A stretch of DNA of 32,737 nucleotides from Macrostomum lignano (Eukaryota): assembly GCA_002269645.1 (NCBI GenBank), contig NIVC01001144.1:1-32737 (forward strand). Direction: 5' to 3'. Of the stretch, positions 11,201 to 20,980 are shown piece after piece (position 1 is the first letter of the stretch; every line of letters begins with the position of its first letter). The translations under genes were made by a program, and so were the position numbers. Below the pieces are notes generated by a model that worked only from the letters and a program-made list of their open reading frames with translations, did not search any database and had not been told where the DNA came from.

Positions 11201-11589
11201 ATTGATCTGCCATAGAAGGTGTCCATGTTCACCTCATCGATTTGTTTCTTTAGCCGTGGTATCAATTTCTGGGAAACTTTGTCGTTTGGCTCACATTGAA
11301 TCCCTCCAACAATGACTTTTTTCTTTCCTAATGAGATATAATTCGAACCATGCGGTCCGAATGGCAGCTGAACTCCAACACTGGCATTGCAAAATTGACA
11401 TCGTACTTCATCCTTTGCTCCTACCTTTTCAATGTACAAACTAGCCATTGCAGCTACTTTGAATTGGTTTTTCACTGATATATATACTTCATTCTTTGCT
11501 TTCCAGAAAAAGCAAACAAACTTTGCGGGGAGCAAACGTTTGCTACAATTTCCACAATCAACTCCTATGTTTCGATTTTTTGATGGCAT
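2254..11589 (-). CDS. Multidomain RNA-silencing protein: Zn module + Dicer/RLR-type helicase + RNA-dependent RNA polymerase + Cid1/TENT nucleotidyltransferase + KH-like + C-terminal domain (~3,057 aa after repair of four 1-nt frame breaks)
   Basis: Exons 11589-10798, 10718-7719 and 7631-2254. The GT-AG introns join HDL|VVITAG and LTDG|SGKIS in conserved motifs. The remaining ORF junctions (~9110, ~4370, ~3000, ~2518) are overlapping -1 shifts at short base runs. 9336-79-87+4=9174 nt=3058 codons including the stop. No in-frame nonsense codon otherwise. The N-terminus may extend via a splice acceptor at 11616. Confidence 0.85.
4680..4880 (-). other. KH-like segment
   Basis: LRFHETRLRLTTGCDSVQLEETTGSRRLLIRAIGAPSAIDRLRHELREL follows the KH pattern (helix-TG-strand-strand-G-helix) but lacks the GxxG loop. 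Confidence 0.35.
5150..5830 (-). other. Cid1/TENT (non-canonical poly(A)/poly(U) polymerase) family nucleotidyltransferase domain
   Basis: KVYGSASILVCDEASSDIDLCV (GS at 5701-5706, DID at 5659-5667), VPLIR, third Asp in ECDISMN (5428-5430), then TRYLLSLY..LPLLWLLVQWARAAGI..GLMPTAEFYALVLHCF. This matches the pol-beta-like TUTase/PAP signature, with all three catalytic Asp present. Confidence 0.85.
5930..9100 (-). other. Cellular (eukaryotic) RNA-dependent RNA polymerase domain with its N-terminal accessory region
   Basis: VAVTPTR, FTDE, YRFFSASSGQLR, KYLSRLGL, TDGSGKIS, FQFRFGGAKG, LNREIITLL, MGAPD, RNPCLHPGDVR, catalytic CSGGDLDGD (DLDGD at 6796-6810), AVDFPKTG, YPDFME, SDKLLGQLYR and LSFPW all occur in canonical order. 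Confidence 0.97.
7632..7718 (-). other. Intron 2 of the fusion gene (87 bp, phase 1)
   Basis: GTGAGT donor at 7718 and TTGCAG acceptor at 7632. Removal restores the RdRP motif LTDGSGKIS (family xTDGxGxIS). Confidence 0.92.
9560..11090 (-). other. SF2 Dicer/RIG-I-like DExD/H helicase domain
   Basis: Q motif PRTYQLEA; motif I LPTGSGKT (10999-11022); Ia VERVPLVFQQ; II DECH (10623-10634); III LGLTASP; IV LVLTWTR; V STAVLEEGLDVSACDVVIRFD; VI QSRGRAR (~9681-9701). Confidence 0.95.
10719..10797 (-). other. Intron 1 of the fusion gene (79 bp, phase 0)
   Basis: GTAAGC donor at 10797 and TTTTAG acceptor at 10719. Removal restores helicase sequence LDGAHDLVVITAG. Confidence 0.9.
11230..11565 (-). other. 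N-terminal putative Zn-binding domain (CxxC-x48-CxxC)
   Basis: DCGNC (C12, C15) and RCQFCNASVG (C64, C67). Spacing and the CxxCxxxVG motif recall the RIG-I CTD / Yippee-Mis18 / CULT fold. The fold assignment is inference. Confidence 0.45.
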
Positions 11590-11934
11590 TGAATTAGTAC
11601 TGGGTATTATGTCATCTGAAATCAGTAAAAGTATTGAAAGTATAAAGCAATCTTTTTAAACTGTTTTCTACATTAGAAACAATAATGCACAATAGACCTT
11701 TCAAAAAACAAGCTTAAAAGTTATGTCTATAAGATTCCAAAAAGTTAATTGACTATTTATTAAAATTTTCAAATCATAATGTCTGAATTTTCAAAGTTTT
11801 TTATTTTATTTCCATCAAATATTCTCCTACCATTCTGTCTTGTTAACTATATAACTATACATCATGGTAAAAATCTAATATTTTGACAGCTTGCATATAT
11901 TAGGCAAGGCCAAATGAGAAATGAACATAATTGA

Positions 11935-12279
11935 CTAGCAATCTAGTGCCACCTTCAGGGCAACCAAGCAAAGAGCAAAAATGATTAACACAAATCCATT
12001 AAAAAACACAATTTCTTAAAAATAATTTCTTTCTTTGGTTTAATAAATCACCTTATTCAAGTAAAATTGACACAGATAAAGATGTTTGCTATGAATCTCT
12101 TTTTTCTAAAAGTAACAAAAGGACACAACAAAATAAAGCCTTCACAAAGATAGCAGGCATTTCCCTTAAAAAGAAAGTGTCTCCTAGACAGCAAGCATCC
12201 TTCCAAATAGTAAGCATCCCTTACATAGCAAGATCACTCAGCTAGCAAGCATCCTTCAAATAGTAAGCATATCCCAGAT
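11935..12279 (-). mobile_element. Degenerate inverted 3' fragment of the same Helitron family as 13877-24569
   Basis: The reverse complement reads ..AGATTGCTAG|T (end at 11935). 12093-12150 matches the subterminal GAAGGATTTTTGGCTGTCTTTTTGTTACTTTAGAAAACAGAGATTC, and 12150-12279 holds decayed TAGCAAGCATCC units (reverse of the 18-bp repeat). Confidence 0.7.
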
Positions 12280-14344
12280 TGAGTAATTGCTAAAATGGTA
12301 AGTTGGTTTACTTAAAGAGAGCAAGATAGTTAAAAGGCAAGGTGTTGCATAATCAAAATAAAGGCTTTAAAGTCAGTGAAAAACCCAACTTAGATCAGTT
12401 GGTCTGGCTGGCTAACTAAGTATACCCAACCCCCAACTAGGCAAGCTAGTAGTTAAACATGCAGGAATACCAATTATAGACTGACAGGCTACTACAATAT
12501 GCCATTTTATTGCCTGATTTTATGTAGATTTGTTTTTATTTTTGGTTATCTATTTACATAATATCACTTATATAACATAACTTATATTAGATATTTCAAC
12601 ATAATTTAAATGTGCTTTGTTGTGAATTATGACCATGTTGTAATAGTATGATAATCTTTGATATACTTAGCAATAGTCAAAAGTTCCACATGTACAAATC
12701 ACGCATAGTTAGTAAGAAACTTTTCATTTAAAATGCATGGTAAGAGGTGAATAGAAATATATTTGTTTGGTGGATAGAACTTTTGACTGTTGCTAGATAT
12801 ATATCTAGCAAGGGTGGGCAAATTTTTTCTACTTGAAGGCTAGATGAGGTTTTTAGTCTAAGACCACAGGCCACAGGGTGCACCCAGAAGGGGGGTAGGG
12901 AGTGGTTGCCCCCCTTAGGTGGAGACCTGAAGAAAATCAAAGGGAGAACCAAGTGTATTTTTGCCACAATACAGAGCCGCCCCCTCTACCCCCCCCCCTG
13001 GGGTCTTTACCCTCCAGAATTTTCCCCTCAACAAATTTCTGGAATATCTCAGAATATTTGATGCTGAGGAACCAGAATTAAAAAATATTTTATCATAATT
13101 TGATGCATTCTCAGAGAGTCCGATTCCACTGTACAGTCAGCCCTTTCAACGTACATATGTACCCCCGCTGTTGGCCAGCTCCACCACCCCACTTTCCTTT
13201 GCTGCCAGTTCCCCTATTTTTCTATTCTATTCGAAGTTTGAACTGATGTGCTGTCTGTCTAGACTTCGTAAACAGCCACTCACACTTAGTTCGTGTCTCT
13301 ATTATTCATTTGTCATTAAAATTGACAATTGAAGGAAGGAATTCCTTCACAAAGATACAAAGATATGACAGCTCTTAGAGTGCTTTTAGAGTTAATCCTA
13401 CTTTTAATTTTATGCTGAGGTATAGTTTTGCAACATATTTTCAGTTTATATCTTCTTTTTTTGATGTCTTTTAATTATGACAATACAATTACAATAAACA
13501 ATCCATGGCAGGCAAAGGCAGTTTTGGTAAAAACGAAAACTATTTCTTGTAAGCAAGGCAGTTTAAAAAGTTACAATTAAGTGCAAGTTAACAAAACGTG
13601 TCGTAAGTAAAACTTTTCTTAATATATCAAAGGCTGTAAAACTTCTTTTGTCATCAAAGTAGATTAGTTAAAGTCAAATTTATGAAAAATTAGCAAATGG
13701 TTTTTCTTTTTATTTACATTTAAAATTTTGGGATTCGCACTTGACGTGACCATCATGCACATATGCACGTCATGCGAAATCGCGTTGTGGATTGGCGACC
13801 AGTTGATCGCTCGCGCGCAATCCATTAACAGTACTTGCTCGCTTTCAGCAAATAATACCAATTTCTGTAAGCTTTATCCAATATACTAAAAATGAGTTGT
13901 CTGTCGGTATGCGATAGATTTCAGAAAAAATGGCTCAACCGATTTTCTTCAAACTTGCACCATTTGATCAGAAATTTTCCTGGGACGGTACATGCATCCT
14001 GGCTAAGAAATTGCTCAATGTTAAAGGGATTAAATATTCGAAAACATGCTTTTTTGCAAAGGTCAAGCAAAATTTTCGACTTGAAATGCATTGCAAGAAT
14101 GCTAGAGAAAAAACTGACTGGCTGAATTCCGATTGTGATAAAGATTGCATCACAGCAAGTTGAAAACAGTGTCGAAAAAATGCACACAAGACTTGATTGT
14201 AATTGCGTAACCATATTGCTAACTTGAATTGAGACTGATACTGGCTGACTGAGAAATTGATTATGTCATAACTTTTTACTCTAACTGACTTGCTATAAGA
14301 ATTGAATTATAATGGCCACAATTCATGTTCTTCAATTGAAAAGA

Positions 14345-14422
14345 GATAGCCTAGATGCGAACAGACTGGACTGCTAATGTAGCGACCTGAGTTCGAATCT
14401 TGGTAGCGCAAAATGATTTTTT
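14345..14422 (+). other. Degenerate tRNA-like Pol III unit inside Helitron copy 1
   Basis: A-box-like TAGCCTAGATG (14347-14357), GGACTGCTAAT anticodon-loop-like motif (as in tRNA-Ser GCT), B-box GTTCGAATC (14391-14399), T6 run at 14417-14422. Stems do not close, so this is not a functional tRNA. Confidence 0.5.
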
Positions 14423-14469
14423 ATTAAAACACCTTAAAAACAAAAAACTGCTAAACATAAAACAAGCGC

Positions 14470-17400
14470 TATGTCAAACATACAAGAGCCACCATGTCAA
14501 ACATAAAAGAGCCACCATTTCGAACGTAGAGTTACCATTAAGAACATTAAAGAGCCGCCATGTCGAACATTAAAAAGCCACCATGTCAAACATAAAACAG
14601 ACACCATTAAGAACATTAAAGAGCCACCATGTCGAAACATTAAAGAGCCACCATGTCAAACATAAAACAGACACCATTAAGAACATTAAAGAGCCACCAT
14701 GTCGAACATTAAAAAGCCACCATGTCAAACATTAAAGAGCCACCATTTCAAACCTAAAAGAGCCACCATGTCGAACATTAAAGAGCCACCATGTCAAACA
14801 TAAAAAAGCCACCATATCAAACATAAAAGAACTACCATGTCAAACATTAAAGAGCCACCATGTCGAACATTAAAGAGCCACCATGGCAAACATAAAACAG
14901 ACACCATTAAGAACATTAAAGAGCCACCATGTCGAACATTAAAGAGCCACCATGTCAAACATAAAACAGCCAACATTTCGAAAATTAAAGAGCTACCATG
15001 TCAAACATTAAAGAGCCACCATGTCAAACATTAAAGAGCCACAATGTCAAACCTAAAGGAGCCACCATGTCGAACATTAAAAAGCCACCATGTCAAACAT
15101 TAAAGAGCCACCATTTCAAACATAAAAGAGCAACCATGTCAAATATTAAAGAGCCACAAGGTCAAACATGAAAGTGCCACCATGTAAAACATTAAAGAGC
15201 CACCATGTCGAACATTAAAGAGCCACCGTGTCAAACATAAAACAGACACTATTTCGAACATTAAAGAGCCACCATGTCGAACATTAAAAAGCCACTATGT
15301 CAAACATTAAAGAGCCACCATGTCAAACCTAAAAGAGCCACCATGTCGAACATTAAAGAGCCATTATGTCGAACATAAAAAAGCGACCATATCAAACATA
15401 AAAGAACTACCATGTCAAACATTAAAGAGCCACCATGTCGAACATTAGAGAGCCACCATGTCGAACATGAGAGAGCCACCATGTCAAACATAAAACAGAC
15501 ACCGTTCAGAACATTAAAGAGCCACCACGTCGAACATTAAAGAGCCACCATGTCAAACATAAAACAGCCAACATTTCGAAAATTAAAGAGCCACTATGTC
15601 AAACATTAAAGAGCCACCATGTCGAACATTAAAGAGCCACCATGTCAAACATAAAACAGCCACTATGTCGAACATTAAAGAGCCGCCATGTCAAACATAA
15701 AACAGAGCCACCATTTCGAAAATTAAAGAGCCACCATGTCAAACATTAAAGAGCCACCATGTCGAACATTAAAGAGCCACCATGTCAAACATTAAAGAGC
15801 CACCATGTCTAACATTAAAGAACCACCATGTCGAACATTAAAGAGCCACCATGTCAAACATAAAACAGCCAACATTTCGAAAATTAAAGAGCCACCATGT
15901 CAAACATTAAAGAGCCACCATGTCGAACATTAGAGAGCCACCATGTCAAACATTAAAGAGCCACCATTTCAAACCTAAAAGAGCCACCATGTCGAACATT
16001 AAAAAGCCAACATGTCAAACATTAAAGAGCCACAATGTCAAACATTAAAGAGCCACCATGTCGAACATTAAAGAGCCACCATGTCAAACATAAAACAGAC
16101 ACCATTAAGAACATTAAAGAGCCACCATGTCGAACATTAAAGAGCCACCATGTCAACATAAAACAGCAAACATTTCAAAAAGTAAAGAGCCACTATGTCA
16201 AACATTAAAGAGCCACCATGTCAAACATTAAAGAGCCACCATGTCAAAAATAAAACAGACACCATTAAAAACATTAAAGAGCCACCATGTCGAACATTAA
16301 AGAGCCACCATGTCAAACATAAAACAGCAACTATGTCGAACATTAAAGAGCAACCATGTCAGACATAAAACAGAGCCACCATTTCGAAAATTAAAGAGCC
16401 ACCATGTCAAAAATTAAAGAGCCACCATGTCGAACATTAAGGAGCCACCATGTCAAAGATAAAAGAGCCAACATGTCAAACATTGAAGAGACCCCATGTC
16501 AAACAATAAAGAGCCACCATGTCGAACATAAAGAGGCACCATGTAAAACATATACGTAACTCCATGTCAAACATTGAAGCGACACCATGTCGAACATAAA
16601 AGAGCCACCATGTCAAACATTAAAGAGCCACCATGTCGAACATAAAAGAGCTTCCATGTCAAACATTAAAGAGCAACTATGTCAAACATAAAAGAGCCAT
16701 CATGTCAAACATATAAGTGACTTTATGTAAAACATTAAAGAGCTACCATATGTCAAACATATACGTGAATCCATAGTAGACATTAAAGAGCCACCATGTC
16801 GAACATTAAAGAGCCAACATGTTAAAAATACAAGAGCCACCATGTCGAACATTAAAGAGCTAACATGTTAAAAATACAAGAGCCACCATGTCAAACATAT
16901 ACATGACTCCATGTCAAACATTGAAGAGACACCATGTCGAACATAAAAGAGCCACCATGGCAAACATATACATGACTCTATGTCGAACAATCAAGAGCCA
17001 CCATGTCAAAAATATACATGACTCCATGTCAAACATTAAAGAGCCACCATGTCGAACATTTAAGAGCCACCAGGTCAAACATGATAGTGCCACCATGTAA
17101 AATATTAAAGAGCCACCATGTCAAATATTAAAGAGTCACCAGGTCAAATATATACATGACTCCATGTCAAACATTGAAGAGCCACCATGTCGAACATTAA
17201 AGAGCCACCATGTCTAACATAAAAGAGCCACCATGTCAAACATTAAAGGGCCACCATGTCAAACATAAAAAAGCCACCATGTCAAACATTAAAGAGCCAC
17301 CATGTCAAACATATATGTGACTCCATGTCAAACATATATGTAACTCCATGTCAAACAGTAAAGAGCCACCAGGTCAAACATATACATGACTCCATGTCAA

Positions 17401-17867
17401 ACATTAAAGAGCCGCAATGTCAAACATATATGTAACTCCATGTCAAACAGTAAAGAGCCACCAGGTCAAAAATATACATGACTCCATGTCAAACATTAAA
17501 GAGCCGCAATGTCAAACATAAAAGAGCCACCATGTCGAACATAAAAGAACCACCATGTCGAACATAAAGGAACCACCATGTCGAACACAAAAGAGCCACC
17601 ATGTCAAACATAAAACAGCCACTATGTCAAACATAGAAGAGCCACCATGTCAAACATTAAAGAGCCACAATGTCTAACATTATATAGCCACCATGTCAAA
17701 CATTAACGAGTCACCATGTCAAGTATATTCGTAACTCCATGTCAAACATCAAAGAGCTACCATGTCGAGCATTAAAGAGCCACCACGTAAAACATTAAAG
17801 AGCCACCATGTCAAACATAAAAGAGCCATCATGTCAAACATTAAAGAGCCATCATGTCAAACATAAA
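14470..17867. repeat. 23-bp minisatellite array (consensus ACATTAAAGAGCCACCATGTC[A/G]A), roughly 145-150 units
   Basis: Directly visible tandem units with variant classes (..ATAAAACAG.., ..ATATACATGACTCC.., ..ATGAAAGTGCC..). Confidence 0.97.
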
Positions 17868-18539
17868 TGTAGAAAAAATACTAAACTAAAAACTATTTAA
17901 TTGGAGTTAAATTGAAGGAGCAGGAGGAGCAGTAAGTGGGCGCAGGGCCCAAACCGATATATTTATGGAACATTTAACTTTGGGGGGTTAAGCCCAGAAT
18001 AATAGAGAGGGGGTGGAGTGCGCGACTGAGGAAAGAGGCGAGAACGGAGAGCCAATCAGAACGCAGCAAGGGAGAGAGAGATAAGAATAACAAGATTGAG
18101 CTAGACAGAGAGAGAGAAAACGGAGTAAACAGAGACAATTGAAGGTGAACTAAGAAATGACTAGGAAAGTCGCGACACTCCCCCAAAAAATGGAACATTT
18201 TTTGAATTTTTTGAATTTTCGAGTACCAATAGAATTATGAATTAGAGTTCAAGAAACAACTTTAAAAGCAAATTTAACAATGGTGCACAAATACGACTAA
18301 GAATTTCAATACAAAACCTGTGGAGACTAGAGTGAATGCAAATTTGACAAAGAAATTTCACGTGTGCGATTTTAATGAATAAATTGTTACAACCAAAAGA
18401 AAACTGACTACATTTACCTAGAACGCAGCAAGGGAGAGAGAGATAAGAATAACAAGATTGAGCTAGACAGAGAGAGAGAAAACGGAGTAAACAGAGACAA
18501 TTGAAGGTGAACTAAGAAATGACTAGGAAAGTCGCGACA
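17868..18539 (-). mobile_element. Internally deleted LTR retrotransposon inserted in the minisatellite
   Basis: TG..CA termini with a perfect 5-bp TSD ATAAA (17863-17867 and 18540-18544). Full 310-bp 3' LTR at 17868-18177, preceded on the minus strand by PPT GGGGGAG (18178-18184). The truncated 5' LTR (18420-18539) appears identical to 18058-18177 over 120 bp. Confidence 0.88.
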
Positions 18540-20475
18540 ATAAAAGAGCCACCATGTCAAACATTAAAGAGCCACCATGTCTAACATTAAAGAGTCACCA
18601 TGTCGAACATTAAAGAGCCACCATGTCAAACATTAAAGAGCCACCATGTCTAACATTAAAGAACCACCATGTCGAACATTAAAGAGCCACCATGTCAAAC
18701 ATAAAACAGCCAACATTTCGAAAATTAAAAAGCCACCATGTCAAACATAAAACAGCCACCATTTCGAAAATTAAAGAGCCACTATTTCAAACATTAAAGA
18801 GCCACCTTGTCAAAAATTAAAGAGCCACCATGTCGAACATTAAAGAGCCACCTTATCAAACATTAAAGAGCCACCATGTCGAACATAAAAGAGCCACCAT
18901 GTAGAACATAAAATAGTCACTATTACAAACATGAAAGTGCCACCATGTAAAACATTAAAGAGCCACCATGTCAAACATTAAAGAGCCACCAGGTCAAGCA
19001 TATACATGACTCCATGTCAAACATTGAAGAGCCACCATGTCGAACATAAAAGGGCCACCATGTCAAATATTAAAGAGCCACCATGTCGAACATTAAAGAG
19101 CCACCAGGTCAAACATGAAAGTGCCACCATGTCAAATATTTAAGAGCCACCATGTCGAACATTTAAGAACCACCATGCCAAACATAAAATAGCCACCATG
19201 TGAAACATATGCGTGACTCCATGTAAAACATTAAAGAGCTACCATATCAGACATATACATGACTCCATGTCAAACATATACGTGACTCAATGTTAGACAT
19301 TAAAGAGCCACCATGTCGAACATTAAAGAGCTAACATGTTAAAAATACAAGAGCCACCATGTCAAACATATACATGACTCCATGTCAAACATTGAAGAGA
19401 CACCATGTCTAACATTAAAGAGCCACCATGTCAAACATTCAAGAGCCACCATGTCTAACATTAAAGAGCCACCATGTCAAACATAAAACAGCCACCATTT
19501 CGAAAATTAAAGAGCCACTATTTCAAACATTAAAGAGCCACCTTGTCAAAAATTAAAGAGCCACCATGTCGAACATTAAAGAGCCACCTTATCAAACATT
19601 AAAGAGCCACCATGTCGAACATAAAAGAGCCACCATGTAGAACATAAAATAGTCACTATTACAAACATGAAAGTGCCACCATGTAAAACATTAAAGAGCC
19701 ACCATGTCAAACATTAAAGAGCCACCAGGTCAAGCATATACATGACTCCATGTCAAACATTGAAGAGCCACCATGTCGAACATAAAAGGGCCATTATGTC
19801 AAATATTAAAGAGCCACCATGTCGAACATTAAAGAGCCACCAGGTCAAACATGAAAGTGCCACCATGTCAAATATTTAAGAGCCACCATGTCGAACATTT
19901 AAGAACCACCATGCCAAACATAAAATAGCCACCATGTGAAACATATGCGTGACTCCATGTAAAACATTAAAGAGCCACCATGTCAAACATAAAACAGCCA
20001 CCATTTCGAAAATTAAGGAGCCACCATTTCGAAAATTAAAGAGCCGCCATGTTAAACATTAAAGGGCCACCTTGCCAAATATTAAAGAGCCAATATTTCA
20101 AACCTAAAGGAGCCTCATGTCGAACATAAAAGAGCCACCATATCGAACATAAAAGAGTCACCATGTTAAAAATTAAAGAGCCACCATGTCGAACATTAAA
20201 GAGCCACCATGTCAAACAAAAAAGCCACCATTTCAAACATAAAAGAGCTAACATGAAGAACATTAAAGAGCCACCATGTCGACCATTAAAAGAGCCACTA
20301 TGTCGAACATACAAGAGCCACCATGTCGAACATAGAAAAGCCACCATGTCAAACATAGAAAAGCCACCATGGCAAACATTAAAGAGCCACCATGTCGAAC
20401 ATTAAAGAGCCACCATGTCGAACATAAAAGAGCCACCATATCAAACATAAAAGAGCCACCATGTCAAACATTCAA
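18540..20475. repeat. 23-bp minisatellite array, continuation after the LTR insertion (~84 units)
   Basis: Same unit as 14470-17867. Contains a ~500-bp internal duplication with a 736-bp offset. Confidence 0.97.
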
Positions 20476-20575
20476 GATATACAATTTCAAATGTAAAGGT
20501 ATAAAGCGCCATGCCAATTTAAAGGAGCCACTATAAAGCCAAGGAAATTGTCGCTCTAGCTACTTATTGTCTGGT

Positions 20576-20980
20576 GGATGGTTGCTATTTGGGGATGCTA
20601 TCTATCTGGGGAATGCTTGCTATTTGGAGGATGCTTGCTTTCTGGGGATGCTTGCTATCTGGGCGATGCTTGCAATTTGGGGGCAGCTTGCTATTTGAGG
20701 GATGCTTGCTATCTGGTGGATGCTTGCTATCTGAGGGATGCTTGCTATCTGAGTGATGCTTGCTATCTGGGGGATGCTTGCTATCTGAGGGATGCTTGCT
20801 ATCTGAGGGATGCTTGCTATTTGGGGTATGCTTGCTATCTGAGGGATGCTTGCTATCTTGGGGATGCTTGCTATCTGGGGGATGCTTGCTATCTGGGGAA
20901 TGCTTGCTATCTGGGGAATGCTTGCTATCTGGGGGAATGCTTGCTATCTGGAGGATGCTTGCTTTCTGGGGGATGCTTGT
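20576..20980. repeat. 18-bp minisatellite (GGGGGATGCTTGCTATCT), ~22 units
   Basis: Tandem units visible; they explain the spurious GDACYL/GGCLLS ORFs. Confidence 0.97.

Noticed and set aside
2281-11315. Numerous plus-strand and alternative-frame ORFs over the fusion gene
   Set aside because: They are shadow ORFs of a GC-rich coding region and have no recognisable motifs.
9039-11589. Dicer gene
   Set aside because: The helicase is Dicer-like, but no PAZ or RNase III signature (ERLEFLGD-type) is seen downstream; an RdRP follows instead.
12850-13050. GC-rich patches resembling MITE ends (CAGGGTGCACCCAG..GGGG..CCCCCC); a similar patch lies at ~30400-30480
   Set aside because: No matching TIR pair or TSD could be defined.
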